Notes: generated by a model not told the origin, from the letters alone. Counted from the first letter of the stretch, positions 1 to 11,616 are shown. The stretch is DNA of 64,000 bases from Nemertoderma westbladi (GCA_032718475.1 JAUCBJ010007015.1:9407-73406), one strand, 5' to 3'. Program-made: numbers and translations.

Positions 1-3000
1 TGATACACCAATACTTGAGGTACTCACTTGCGGTACTTACATGATACACCAATACTTGCGGTACTTACATGATACACCAATACTTGAGGTACTCACTTGC
101 GGTACTTACATGATACACCAATACTTGCGGTACTTACATGGTACACCAATACTTGCGGTACTTACATGGTACACCAATACTTGATGTACTTACATGATAC
201 ACCAATACTTGCGGTACTTACATGGTACACCAATACTTTATGTACTTACATGATACACCAATACTTGCGGTACTTACATGATACACCAATACTTGAGGTA
301 CTCACTGCGGTACTTACATGATACACCAATACTTGCGGTACTTACATGGTACACCAATACTTGCGGTACTTACATGGTACACCAATACTTGATGTACTTA
401 CATGATACACCAATACTTGCGGTACTTACATGGTACACCAATACTTGATGTACTTACATGATACACCAATACTTGCGGTACTTACATGGTACACCAATAC
501 TTGCGGTACTTACATGGTACACCAATACTTGCGGTACTTACATGGTACACCAATACTTGATGTACTCACTTGCGGTACTTACATGGTACACCAATACTTG
601 CGGTACTTACATGATACACCAATACTTGCAGTACCTACATGGTACACCAATACTTGCGGTATTTACATGATACACCAACACTTTCGGTACTTACATGGTA
701 CACCAACACTTGCGGTACTTACATGATACACCAACACTTGCGGTACTTACATGGTACACCAACACTTGCGGTACTTACATGGTACACCAATACTTGCGGT
801 ACTTACATGATACACCAATACTTGCGGTACTTACATGATACACCAATACTTGCGGTACTTACATGGTACACCAATACTTGATGTACTTACATGATACACC
901 AATACTTGCGGTACTTACATGATACACCAATACTTGAGGTACTCACTGCGGTACTTACATGATACACCAATACTTGCGGTACTTACATGGTACACCAATA
1001 CTTGCGGTACTTACATGGTACACCAATACTTGATGTACTTACATGATACACCAATACTTGCGGTACTTACATGGTACACCAATACTTGATGTACTTACAT
1101 GATACACCAATACTTGCGGTACTTACATGGTACACCAATACTTGCGGTACTTACATGGTACACCAATACTTGCGGTACTTACATGGTACACCAATACTTG
1201 ATGTACTCACTTGCGGTACTTACATGGTACACCAATACTTGCGGTACTTACATGATACACCAATACTTGCAGTACCTACATGGTACACCAATACTTGCGG
1301 TACTTACATGATACACCAACACTTTCGGTACTTACATGGTACACCAACACTTGCGGTACTTACATGATACACCAACACTTGCGGTACTTACATGGTACAC
1401 CAACACTTGCGGTACTTACATGGTACACCAATACTTGCGGTACTTACATGATACACCAATACTTGCGGTACTTACATGATACACCAATACTTGCGGTACT
1501 TACATGATACACCAATACTTGAGGTACTCACTTGCGGTACTTACATGATACACCAATACTTGCGGTACTTACATGATACACCAATACTTGCGGTACTTAC
1601 ATGATACACCAATACTTGAGGTACTCACTTGCGGTACTTACATGATACACCAATACTTGCGGTACTTACATGATACACCAATACTTGAGGTACTCACTTG
1701 CGGTACTTACATGATACACCAATACTTGAGGTACTCACTTGCGGTACTTACATGATACACCAATACTTGCGGTACTTACATGATACACCAATACTTGCGG
1801 TACTTACATGATACACCAATACTTGCGGTACTTACATGATACACCAATACTTGCGGTACTTACATGGTACACCAATACTTGATGTACTCACTTGCGGTAC
1901 TTACATGGTACACCAATACTTGCGGTACTTACATGATACACCAATACTTGCAGTACCTACATGGTACACCAATAGTTGCGGTACTTACATGATACACCAA
2001 CACTTTCGGTACTTACATGGTACACCAACACTTGCGGTACTTACATGATACACCAACACTTGCGGTACTTACATGGTACACCAACACTTGCGGTACTTAC
2101 ATGGTACACCAATACTTGCGGTACTTACATGATACACCAATACTTGCCGTACTTACATGATACACCAATACTTGCGGTACTTACATGATACACCAATACT
2201 TGAGGTACTCACTTGCGGTACTTACATGATACACCAATACTTGCGGTACTTACATGATACACCAATACTTGCGGTACTTACATGATACACCAATACTTGA
2301 GGTACTCACTTGCGGTACTTACATGATACACCAATACTTGCGGTACTTACATGATACACCAATACTTGAGGTACTCACTTGCGGTACTTACATGATACAC
2401 CAATACTTGCGGTACTTACATGATACACCAATACTTGCGGTACTTACATGATACACCAATACTTGCGGTACTTACATGGTACACCAATACTTGCGGTACT
2501 TACATGATACACCAATACTTGCGGTACTTACATGATACACCAATACTTGATGTACTCACTTGCGGTACTTACATGGTACACCAATACTTGCGGTACTTAC
2601 ATGATACACCAATACTTGCGGTACTTACATGATAAACCAATACTTGAGGTACTTACATGGTACACCAATACTTGCGGTACTTACATGATACACCAATACT
2701 TGCGGTACTTACATGATACACCAATACTTGCGGTACTTACATGATACACCAATACTTGCGGTACTTACATGATACACCAATACTTGCGGTACTTACATGG
2801 TACACCAATACTTGATGTACTCACTTGCGGTACTTACATGGTACACCAATACTTGCGGTACTTACATGATACACCAATACTTGCGGTACTTACATGATAC
2901 ACCAATACTTGCGGTACTTACATGATACACCAATACTTGCGGTACTTACATGGTACACCAATACTTGATGTACTCACTTGCGGTACTTACATGGTACACC

Positions 3001-4241
3001 AATACTTGCGGTACTTACATGATACACCAATAGTTGCGGTACTTACATGGTACACCAATACTTGCGGTACTTACATGGTACACCAATAATTGATGTACTC
3101 ACTTGCGGTACTTAAATGATACACCAATACTTGCGGTACTTACATGATACACCAATACTTGCGGTACTTACATGGTACACCAATACTTGATGTACTCACT
3201 TGCGGTACTTACATGGTACACCAATACTTGCGGTACTTACATGATACACCAATACTTGCGGTACTTACATGGTACACCAATACTTGCCGTACATACATGA
3301 TACACCAATACTTGCGGTACTTACATGGTACACCAATACTTGATGTACTCACTTGCGGTACTTACATGGTACACCAATACTTGCGGTACTTACATGATAC
3401 ACCAATACTTGCGGTACTTACATGATACACCAATACTTGCGGTACTTACATGGTACACCAATACTTGATGTACTCACTTGCGGTACTTACATGATACACC
3501 AATACTTGATGTACTCACTTGCGGTACTTACATGATACACCAACACTTGCGGTACTTACATGGTACACCAATGCTTGCGGTACTTACATGGTACACCAAT
3601 ACTTGCGGTACTTACATGATACACCAATAGTTGCGGTACTTACATGGTACACCAATACTTGCGGTACTTACATGATACACCAACACTTGCGGTACTTACA
3701 TGGTACACCAATGCTTGCGGTACTTACATGGTACACCAATACTTGCGGTACTTACATGGTACACCAATACTTGATGTACTTACATGATACACCAATACTT
3801 GCGGTACTTACATGCTACACCAATACTTGCGGTACTTACATGGTACACCAATACTTGATGTACTCACTTGCGGTACTTACATGGTACACCAATACTTGAT
3901 GTACTTACATGATACACCAATACTTGCGGTACGTACATGGTACACCAATACTTGCGGTACTTACATGGTACACCAATACTTGCGGTACTTACATGGTACA
4001 CCAATACTTGATGTACTCACTTGCGGTACTTACATGGTACACCAATACTTGATGTACTCACTTGCGGTACTTACATGGTACACCAATACTTGCGGTACTT
4101 ACATGATACACCAATACTTGCAGTACCTACATGGTACACCAATACTTGCGGTACTTACATGATACACCAACACTTGCGGTACTTACATGGTACACCAACA
4201 CTTGCGGTACTTACATGATACACCAACACTTGCGGTACTTA
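1..4241. repeat. 28-bp tandem satellite, left arm (TACTTGCGGTACTTACATG[A/G]TACACCAA) with 41-bp variants carrying an extra 13 bp
   Basis: Continuous head-to-tail 28-mers from the window start to ...CACTTGCGGTACTTA at 4241, with no spacers. There is a 641-bp higher-order duplication (rare marker CTCACTGCGG at 301 and 942). Confidence 0.98.
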
Positions 4242-4587
4242 TTTAGATTAGATTATCGCGCAAACGCGCGCAGCACCAGTCTAGCTGGCATTTATTCAAA
4301 CAGTAAAAACTTAAAAATCATCAAAACATTAAAACCGCATTGAAAGTGAAGGTTAAAATGTACAGTAATAAAATGGTAGGTAAGTTACCGTTAAATGGGG
4401 TTACACAGCACGGCATTCTAAATGCACCCAAAACCAAAAAGCATCACGTCTTTTCACTACCCTAATTGTGAAGTGACATTAAAACCACAAATATCAGGAT
4501 ATATAATAGACCTCGTGTACTAAAATCCTGCTAGGTTTAAAATTAAACAATTGAATCAAACAATATCAAACATAACACGATCAAAAT

Positions 4588-4683
4588 CGAGAAATCTGCA
4601 CTGGGTACTGGGTAGACTCCTACTAGATTTACATTTAGAAACCCGAGAAATCTGCACTGGGTACTGGGTGGGTAGTCTCCTAC
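4588..4683. repeat. Direct duplication of ~36-40 bp in the LINE 3' UTR
   Basis: CGAGAAATCTGCACTGGGTACTGGGT...CTCCTAC at 4588-4623 and 4644-4683, with a degenerate third copy near 4755. Confidence 0.8.
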
Positions 4684-4862
4684 CGCTAAAATGCACGACA
4701 TACTGTATGGAACCCAAGATCGCGAAAATACAGAGGGTAAATCTCCTTAGATCTAGAAACTGCACAAGTACAGTGTAATCTACTTGGTTTACATAACAAA
4801 ATAGGCTACTAAGTGCGCGACATAATGCAGCTTAAAATGGAAAATTCACAGGCTATCATATC

Positions 4863-7800
4863 TCATAATTCAAATATTCTGAAATATTCTTTTATGTGCT
4901 TATGCTTTGAACGAAAAGATACACCTGGTATTGAAAAAGTGTTTGAAATAAAATTAGCTGACATTTGAGAAACTGCTGAGACTTCTGGGGGAGATAGTCG
5001 TTCCTTAAGCGATTTATCGCAGTACTGATAGTTGCACAGCGATTTAATCGAGGGAAGACTATGCTCTTGTATGGCATATCTTAACGTGCCCCCTAAGCCT
5101 TGATACGTCCCTGGATTTCCCAACGCGTTATTTTGAACACCCAACCTAAAACTCACTTGTAGATTGTAATTGGGAGTAGATAGACCTCGCAGTAGGGTCC
5201 CAAGACACGATCTATAGGCTCCCACAGATAAACTATCTGTTCCAAACAGATGGTTTAGTGTTTCATTCGACACATACGGCCCCAAGTGAAGCAAACCTCT
5301 CAGCTTCTGGCGATAATATGCATCTAACTTGGCTTTCTCAAATTTCTTCAGAGCACCAATCGAGTATTTGTGTCGGTATAAGAACGAGGATAAAGCAATT
5401 GATCTCCATAAAAGTGCCACTTTTTCCACTGGATAGTGTTTGGTAGTCCAACCTTGCTTATGGAATCGATCAGCCAATATTGCCAGAGCCTGGATTGTAT
5501 TAGCCAACACATTTACATTATTTTGCCAAGACCTTTGGATATTAACACCAAGGAAAGTTATCGACTGTGACATATCATGGTGTCGACCATTTAAAAACAG
5601 AGTTGGAGGCGGTTTATTCTCCGCTGTATTCCAAGGAGATAGATATATCCAATTTATCTTCGAGTCTTCCAACCGCAGCCCTAGTTTGGTTATGTGTGTT
5701 TCTATACGAGTTGCCAACTTCTCCATATCCCGTGGACAACTTGCCATCAGAAGGATGTCATCAGCATATCCAAGAGCACTAAACAACTCATTATATATTC
5801 GGCAACCAATCTTACTTTGACCATTGCATGAATAAATATTTGTAAACATCCCATTTGTGTAATAGTTAAACAGGGCTGGAGATAGAATGGACCCTTGTTT
5901 TATTCCATTAAGCATAGTGAAACCATTTTCCGATACAAGGCCATTTATGTTTATGAAAAGACGACTAAGCTGATAATAAACAACCAGAATTCTACAGATG
6001 TACGGATTGATGACATCGGACATCCTCTGAAACAATTTAATCTGGTCGACTCCGTCATATGCCGCCGAGATATCCAGCTGACAAACGTATACTCCAGATC
6101 CATGCCTGCGATAATGTTCTATACACTCAAGTACAGCACTGAGAATTACATCACTGCCAATTCCCGATTGATAAGCCAACTGCTGAGGACTGGGTTCCAG
6201 AAAAAGATACTCCCTAAGTAATACTCCTTCGAGTACCTTGCCAAATATACTGATAGATGATATTGGACGATATGACGATGGTGCACAAACATCCTTTTTC
6301 TTCCCTTTGTAGATACAGGTGACTACAGTCTCCCCAAAGAAATCAGGCAGGCATCCTAGAGATATGGACTCATTTAATAACTTTGTTACGTGGTAGCACA
6401 CAACTTCTTTCTCCGAATATAAAAGGTGCTCTACAGTCATCATCTGCTTGTCTGGGGACTTATTTCTGTTGAGAAGTAAGATTGTCCGTTCAACCAACCT
6501 TTCAGAAATGACTGGTGCCTCAGTTTGACTACAAGCTGAACTTAGCTTCTCAAGTAAACTATTTATATTTTTCGGTTGAGAACTGTCCTTTTGTAGCTGA
6601 TTACATAAATAGTCGGTGAGAGGACCTCTCATGGATTCAGCCGTGGTATCTTTCCGTTTATTATTTACAAAATTCCAAAATCCACTTGGGTTGTGTCTGT
6701 AACTGCCAATTAAATGATCAATGCGCTTGGATAAGTGTTGCTTGGTGAGCCAGTTTTTAAGGTGCCTCGTTGCACGCTTGGAATCTTGAAACATCTGTCC
6801 AAAAGTGTCACCCGAATCCTTACCCCTTTCACACCAAATATTATATAACTTTTTAGATGTTTGGCATCTTTCCAGTAATTTTTTATTTCGCACCCTGATA
6901 TTGTTCGACTTCTTTTTGTGCTGTTTCTTGGGTATATATTCATAGGCAGTATCATAAAATATTGCTTTCAGCGCATGACCGTACCAATCTATATCCCTCT
7001 TTGTCCACTTTCGATCAAAACAGGAAACAATGTCCTTTAGCCTATTCAACTTGTGCTCGGTTTCTTGCATATACTTAGATAGCTTTTCCTTACTGCACTT
7101 TTCCCACGCAAAACGATGTATCCTTTGTACATTTTTTGTTGAAATTTTTTCTTTTTCTTCACGTTTTACTTCTAGTTTAAAACAAACGAGGACTGGGACA
7201 TGATCAGAATTATTGTGAACCTCATCCATACCAAAAACGAAGCCTTGATGAATACTATTTGCTCCAGACCTAGATGTCACTATGTGATCGATGTATGATT
7301 TGTTGCGTCCATGAAAAGTTACAGTTGGACCTTGAAAAGCTGAGAATGTGTCCACTGCATGAATACCTTGTTGCATTAAAAACTCATGAAATATTTTTCC
7401 CCTAGCTGATGCATGTTCTCGACCAAAACGCAGTCCCTGCAGAGGCCCAACATCAGCGTTGAAGTCGCCAATTAGTATCGGGAGACTATTTGGGTACGAC
7501 TTTAGGATGTTTGTCAGGCGACCTAAGAAGTCATAAAATTCACTAACTGGTTTACCAGCATCCGGAGCATATACATTCAGCACTAACAAATCCAAGTTAC
7601 CCAAAGTAGCCTTGATACCTATGATGTCATTGCTAGATTCGAGCGGCATAGTGTAGTCAAATAGGTTTTTCCTAATGAGCAAGCCGACTCCCCCACGAAC
7701 TACTGCACAATGTTTAGTTTGATGGCCAGGAATATATAGGCATTCATAATTATTTTTAAAGCTTTCACACCAAATTTTTTCACATTCCGTCCCATCCAAC

Positions 7801-8036
7801 CATAGTTCTTGTATTCCACAAATATCTACATTATGTTCATCCAACAATTTATCGACGTACATCATATTGCTAAGTGCTCCCCTTACATTAAAAGTCAGGC
7901 AGTTCAAATTAGTTTTGGTAACTACAGCAGAATTATTTTCTTTAAAATTGGTGCATTTTGCATCCAAGCCGGAGCCATTAGAATTGAGCGCTGTAGCACC
8001 ATCCTGAGCACCAGATCCATCTTTATTGTTAAACAC
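4863..8036 (-). CDS. LINE ORF2: apurinic-like endonuclease plus reverse transcriptase (1057 aa)
   Basis: APE motifs TFNVRG, GIQELW, NVYAP, IGDFNA, YIDHI and SDHVPV. RT motifs YRPIS, LDISAAYDGV, GIKQGSILSPALFN, GYADDILL and ITFLGV. The annotated start is GTG, and the first AUG lies at codon 58. Confidence 0.96.
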   Translation of the reverse strand: MFNNKDGSGAQDGATALNSNGSGLDAKCTNFKENNSAVVTKTNLNCLTFNVRGALSNMMYVDKLLDEHNVDICGIQELWLDGTECEKIWCESFKNNYECLYIPGHQTKHCAVVRGGVGLLIRKNLFDYTMPLESSNDIIGIKATLGNLDLLVLNVYAPDAGKPVSEFYDFLGRLTNILKSYPNSLPILIGDFNADVGPLQGLRFGREHASARGKIFHEFLMQQGIHAVDTFSAFQGPTVTFHGRNKSYIDHIVTSRSGANSIHQGFVFGMDEVHNNSDHVPVLVCFKLEVKREEKEKISTKNVQRIHRFAWEKCSKEKLSKYMQETEHKLNRLKDIVSCFDRKWTKRDIDWYGHALKAIFYDTAYEYIPKKQHKKKSNNIRVRNKKLLERCQTSKKLYNIWCERGKDSGDTFGQMFQDSKRATRHLKNWLTKQHLSKRIDHLIGSYRHNPSGFWNFVNNKRKDTTAESMRGPLTDYLCNQLQKDSSQPKNINSLLEKLSSACSQTEAPVISERLVERTILLLNRNKSPDKQMMTVEHLLYSEKEVVCYHVTKLLNESISLGCLPDFFGETVVTCIYKGKKKDVCAPSSYRPISSISIFGKVLEGVLLREYLFLEPSPQQLAYQSGIGSDVILSAVLECIEHYRRHGSGVYVCQLDISAAYDGVDQIKLFQRMSDVINPYICRILVVYYQLSRLFININGLVSENGFTMLNGIKQGSILSPALFNYYTNGMFTNIYSCNGQSKIGCRIYNELFSALGYADDILLMASCPRDMEKLATRIETHITKLGLRLEDSKINWIYLSPWNTAENKPPPTLFLNGRHHDMSQSITFLGVNIQRSWQNNVNVLANTIQALAILADRFHKQGWTTKHYPVEKVALLWRSIALSSFLYRHKYSIGALKKFEKAKLDAYYRQKLRGLLHLGPYVSNETLNHLFGTDSLSVGAYRSCLGTLLRGLSTPNYNLQVSFRLGVQNNALGNPGTYQGLGGTLRYAIQEHSLPSIKSLCNYQYCDKSLKERLSPPEVSAVSQMSANFISNTFSIPGVSFRSKHKHIKEYFRIFEL

Positions 8037-11000
8037 GAATCCTCTTTCTTCTCCCTTCAGTTACCCTATAATGATATTGCTTGGGGCTGAAATCTCTTTC
8101 TACTGGATAAAGGCAGTTATCCAATTCTACATACTCTGACAAGTCTCTCTCTTTAAAGTCCAATGGAGTATTATAAGCAGTTGCGCGTTCTTCCCATCTA
8201 ACACAAGTGATACCATCTGGCCAGAAAGATGGCTCCAAAAGATCTTGTTTACAGTTTCTCTCCATAATGAGCTTCATGTTTTTAATTCCATCAAAGATTC
8301 TTGTGGTTATACGGTGAATACGTGCCCCGCGATGTTCTACATAGGCGACAATGTCTTCCTCTGTATGTTTGCAGTTGATACCATTTACAAAAAACACCTG
8401 TGATTCAAGTTGTTTTCTGCCATTATTTGAATTCCCCTTTTCTCTATGTGAGTCGTTTTCTTTTCTCTTAACATCATGTTTATCCATATCCCTACATGAA
8501 AAGTTGGTCTTTAAGTCTTTGTTCTTTGTTTCCATTTTATTATTCACTGTGACATTAATTGTGTTCAAATGTTGTTGTTTTGGAAGAGAGCTGGATTTTG
8601 TATTTGTAACACTTTCGGTACTTTCAGTCTGTTTTATCTCTGGAAAAGTGTACCTGTTAGAGACTGGTATCTGAAATGCGTGACTTCCGTTTTGATTAAT
8701 GAAGTTAACGCGTTTCCTTGTGCAATTCTTTGACTTGACTATGGTATATTCCGGTTCTTTCTTCCCAAAGGTATCAAGAACCTCATTATCTGTATCACCT
8801 ATGGAATCAATCACTATGAAACAGTCATCTTGGGATCCCTTGATTGATGCTTGACATACATTCTGAGCAATAGTTACACTTGTAATTGGTTTTTCTTTCA
8901 TAGGCTGTGTCTGATTGTTATCTTTAGTACTCTCAACTTGTTGTTCAGCATTCCCTTTGATCAATTTTGTTAATGTTTCCATCTGATACTGAAGGACGTT
9001 TCTCAGCCGTCTTTCATGCTCTAATTCTTCACGTAGAAAACCCACTTCTTGCTTTAATGATGTTATATGAGTCTCTGTCTGGCTGAGTCTACCTTGGAGT
9101 ACGGCAGAGGAATTTATACATTCCTGATGGACATCCTCCAGAGTTGTGGACCCATCACTGTTGAGCTCCTTCCTTTTAAGCCGGCGCTTGCAGCATTCTG
9201 TGAAATTGTTTGATTCTTTGCATTTGTAGATCTCATAAATGTCAGTGACCAGCTCCTTTAGTGCCGCCCTGGATCGTAGCTGCAATGTGACAGAGTTTGT
9301 TGGGGACATTAAAGATTTTATGTCAGTAAAAAATTGACTTCTCAAAACATTACATTCTTCAGTTGTGTACGTTTTCATCATCTGTTTAATCGCAAATTGT
9401 CGCGGTTGTTGCATGATCTGATGAAAAATTGATCCATCCGAAGTATTAATATGATTATTTTTCTGCTTATATCCAGGGTCTTCAGTGGAGTCAAAGGAAC
9501 TTGTTTCCTGGTTTCCCAATGAATTTTGTAGTCGCTTAGTAGAAACCGAATCCATACTTAGACAGAAATTCTCCTTATTTTTATCGAAAGTATTTTGATA
9601 TCTTTTTTCTCCTCGTTGTATCTGAGAAAAACTAAAGATACCTGCAGATTCAATTAGTTTGCATTCTGTCAGGCATTCAAGAATCCACTTGCGTGCTTTC
9701 GCACTATCAAACACCACATCTGGGAGAACAACAGTATTTAAACCGCAGGCTAGAGCATAGTAGCACACAAAAACTCCACAATCAATACTGTTTCTTTGTT
9801 TCGCGAATTTCCTTGTCGAGACAGCTGAAAACCAAATTTTTTTGTGTCTTTCTTCCGTTTCAGGAGACAGTTCATCAATTAATGCCAACAGTTTGCAGAT
9901 TTCCTCAGTAGTGGCTGTAGGTACATTTATATTTAGTGAATCAATACATTCAACTTGCCTGGTCAGGGTATCAGCTATATGAAGTATAAAATGATTGCTC
10001 TGACATTCCGGGAAGAAAATATATCTTGGTTGAAGACCATCAGTATTAAATTTTCCATAATAAGCCTTTGCAATATACTTCACAGCACTTAAATTATCGT
10101 AGACTCGTGTCCCTTCAACCCAGTCCAAAGATTGTAATTTAGTTGTAAGACAGCAACTAACGTAGGAAGTGTGAGGAATGTTTCGTTCAACTAAACTTAG
10201 AAACCCCTCAAGTATGGAGTCAGTTAGCCAATCTCGGGTGTTAAGGAGATTTAAATCTGCAACTGATTGAAGAACAAGTCCCCTAGTACCAGGCTTAGCA
10301 TCAGAACAACATTGCAAATAATCCTTAATTGCCTTTGAGTTGTCATGTCGAAAATTTGATTGACTACAGGGATAGACTTCTACGTGACAGGCTTGATTGA
10401 AATTCTTTGATCCCTCTACCAAGGCAGTTTCATGTTTCTCTTGATTTCCGGGACACTTACCAGCATAATGCGATGGCTGAAATGGAGCCACACCTGGGTC
10501 TAGTTGGTGTTGGTTTGATTTGTTTGCGCTCAAATTGGAAATCTCATACGAAATCTGATCCAGTGAACCAGAGACCAGCTCCCCATCCGGCTCCACCACA
10601 GCCCGATCCAATCCCAGATTTGTCGACCCAGAAGGTGAACCCTCGACCGGAGGAGAAGGAGGGTTGGATCCCGGAGATGGCGACCCGGAAGGTGAACTCT
10701 CAACTGGAGGAGATGGAGAAGGAGGGTTGGATCCCGGAGACGGCGACCCGGAAGGTGAACCCTCGACTGGAGGAGAAGCAGGGTTGGATCGCGGAGATGG
10801 CGACCCGGAAACGGAACCCTCGACTGGAGGAGAATGAGGGTTGGATCCCGGAGACGGCGACCCGGAAGGTGAACCCTCAACTGGAGGAGAAGGAGGGTTG
10901 GATCCCGGAGATGGCGACCCGGAAGGTGAACCCTCGACTGGAGGAGAAGGAGGGTTGAATCCCGGAGATGGCGACCCGGAAGGTGAACCCTCGACTGGAG

Positions 11001-11616
11001 GAGATGGAGAAGGAGGGTTGGATCCCGGAGATGGCGACCCGGAAGCTGAACCCTCGACTGGAGGAGAAGGAGAATTGGATCCCGGAGATGGCGACCCGGA
11101 AGGTGAGCCCTCGACCGGAGGAGAAGGAGGGTTGGATCCCGGAGATGGCGACCCGGAAGCTGAACCCTCGACTGGAGGAGGAGGGTTGGATACCGGAGTC
11201 GGCGACCCGCAAGGTACCGGTATCTTCCTTAATCTCCAAGATCCGTCGTCTGCCAGATCCTCTATCTTATAGGGGTCAGCGGAGTGATCCTTCTTTACAG
11301 TTAACTGGGGAACACTTTCTGTGTTCTTGGGATCTCCGGGTTTACCCAATACTGGTAGTCCTACCTTGTGGTTGTACACAGCCGATTTCCTCCTAAGGCC
11401 ATCTGGTACCGTAACCGGTTGGCCTACCGATAACGATTGTCTCCGCTTTAAATCCGCCGATTTACTTGAGGTAACAGAGCTGTTTGCTTTTCTACCGGAG
11501 TTAGAGCAGAGGCCGCGTTTATTTGGCGCACAGTTTGTACATTTCCTTTGGTCGTTAACGCAGCTACATTTATTGCAACGTCCCCTTGTAGCGGAACAGA
11601 CGCAGCAAGGTGCCAT
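8029..11616 (-). CDS. LINE ORF1 (1195 aa): CXC-like Cys cluster, Pro/Ser repeats, Ulp1/SENP-like C48 protease, coiled coil, C-terminal RRM-like domain
   Basis: N-terminus CCVC...CNKCSC...CTNC...C. C48 motifs WLTDSIL, NHFIL, CIDSL and QRNSIDCGVF. Heptad region LSQTETHITSLKQEVGFLREEL. FFVNGI...LLEPSFWPDGITCVRW is typical of the RRM-type ORF1 of CR1/L2-group LINEs. Confidence 0.92.
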   Translation of the reverse strand: MAPCCVCSATRGRCNKCSCVNDQRKCTNCAPNKRGLCSNSGRKANSSVTSSKSADLKRRQSLSVGQPVTVPDGLRRKSAVYNHKVGLPVLGKPGDPKNTESVPQLTVKKDHSADPYKIEDLADDGSWRLRKIPVPCGSPTPVSNPPPPVEGSASGSPSPGSNPPSPPVEGSPSGSPSPGSNSPSPPVEGSASGSPSPGSNPPSPSPPVEGSPSGSPSPGFNPPSPPVEGSPSGSPSPGSNPPSPPVEGSPSGSPSPGSNPHSPPVEGSVSGSPSPRSNPASPPVEGSPSGSPSPGSNPPSPSPPVESSPSGSPSPGSNPPSPPVEGSPSGSTNLGLDRAVVEPDGELVSGSLDQISYEISNLSANKSNQHQLDPGVAPFQPSHYAGKCPGNQEKHETALVEGSKNFNQACHVEVYPCSQSNFRHDNSKAIKDYLQCCSDAKPGTRGLVLQSVADLNLLNTRDWLTDSILEGFLSLVERNIPHTSYVSCCLTTKLQSLDWVEGTRVYDNLSAVKYIAKAYYGKFNTDGLQPRYIFFPECQSNHFILHIADTLTRQVECIDSLNINVPTATTEEICKLLALIDELSPETEERHKKIWFSAVSTRKFAKQRNSIDCGVFVCYYALACGLNTVVLPDVVFDSAKARKWILECLTECKLIESAGIFSFSQIQRGEKRYQNTFDKNKENFCLSMDSVSTKRLQNSLGNQETSSFDSTEDPGYKQKNNHINTSDGSIFHQIMQQPRQFAIKQMMKTYTTEECNVLRSQFFTDIKSLMSPTNSVTLQLRSRAALKELVTDIYEIYKCKESNNFTECCKRRLKRKELNSDGSTTLEDVHQECINSSAVLQGRLSQTETHITSLKQEVGFLREELEHERRLRNVLQYQMETLTKLIKGNAEQQVESTKDNNQTQPMKEKPITSVTIAQNVCQASIKGSQDDCFIVIDSIGDTDNEVLDTFGKKEPEYTIVKSKNCTRKRVNFINQNGSHAFQIPVSNRYTFPEIKQTESTESVTNTKSSSLPKQQHLNTINVTVNNKMETKNKDLKTNFSCRDMDKHDVKRKENDSHREKGNSNNGRKQLESQVFFVNGINCKHTEEDIVAYVEHRGARIHRITTRIFDGIKNMKLIMERNCKQDLLEPSFWPDGITCVRWEERATAYNTPLDFKERDLSEYVELDNCLYPVERDFSPKQYHYRVTEGRRKRIRV
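10630..11200 (-). repeat. Coding 57/63-bp minisatellite in ORF1, about 10 copies of PPVEGSPSGSPSPGSNPPS(PS)
   Basis: GAACCC markers at 10871, 10928, 10985 and 11048 (spacing 57, 57, 63). All unit lengths keep the frame. Confidence 0.95.
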
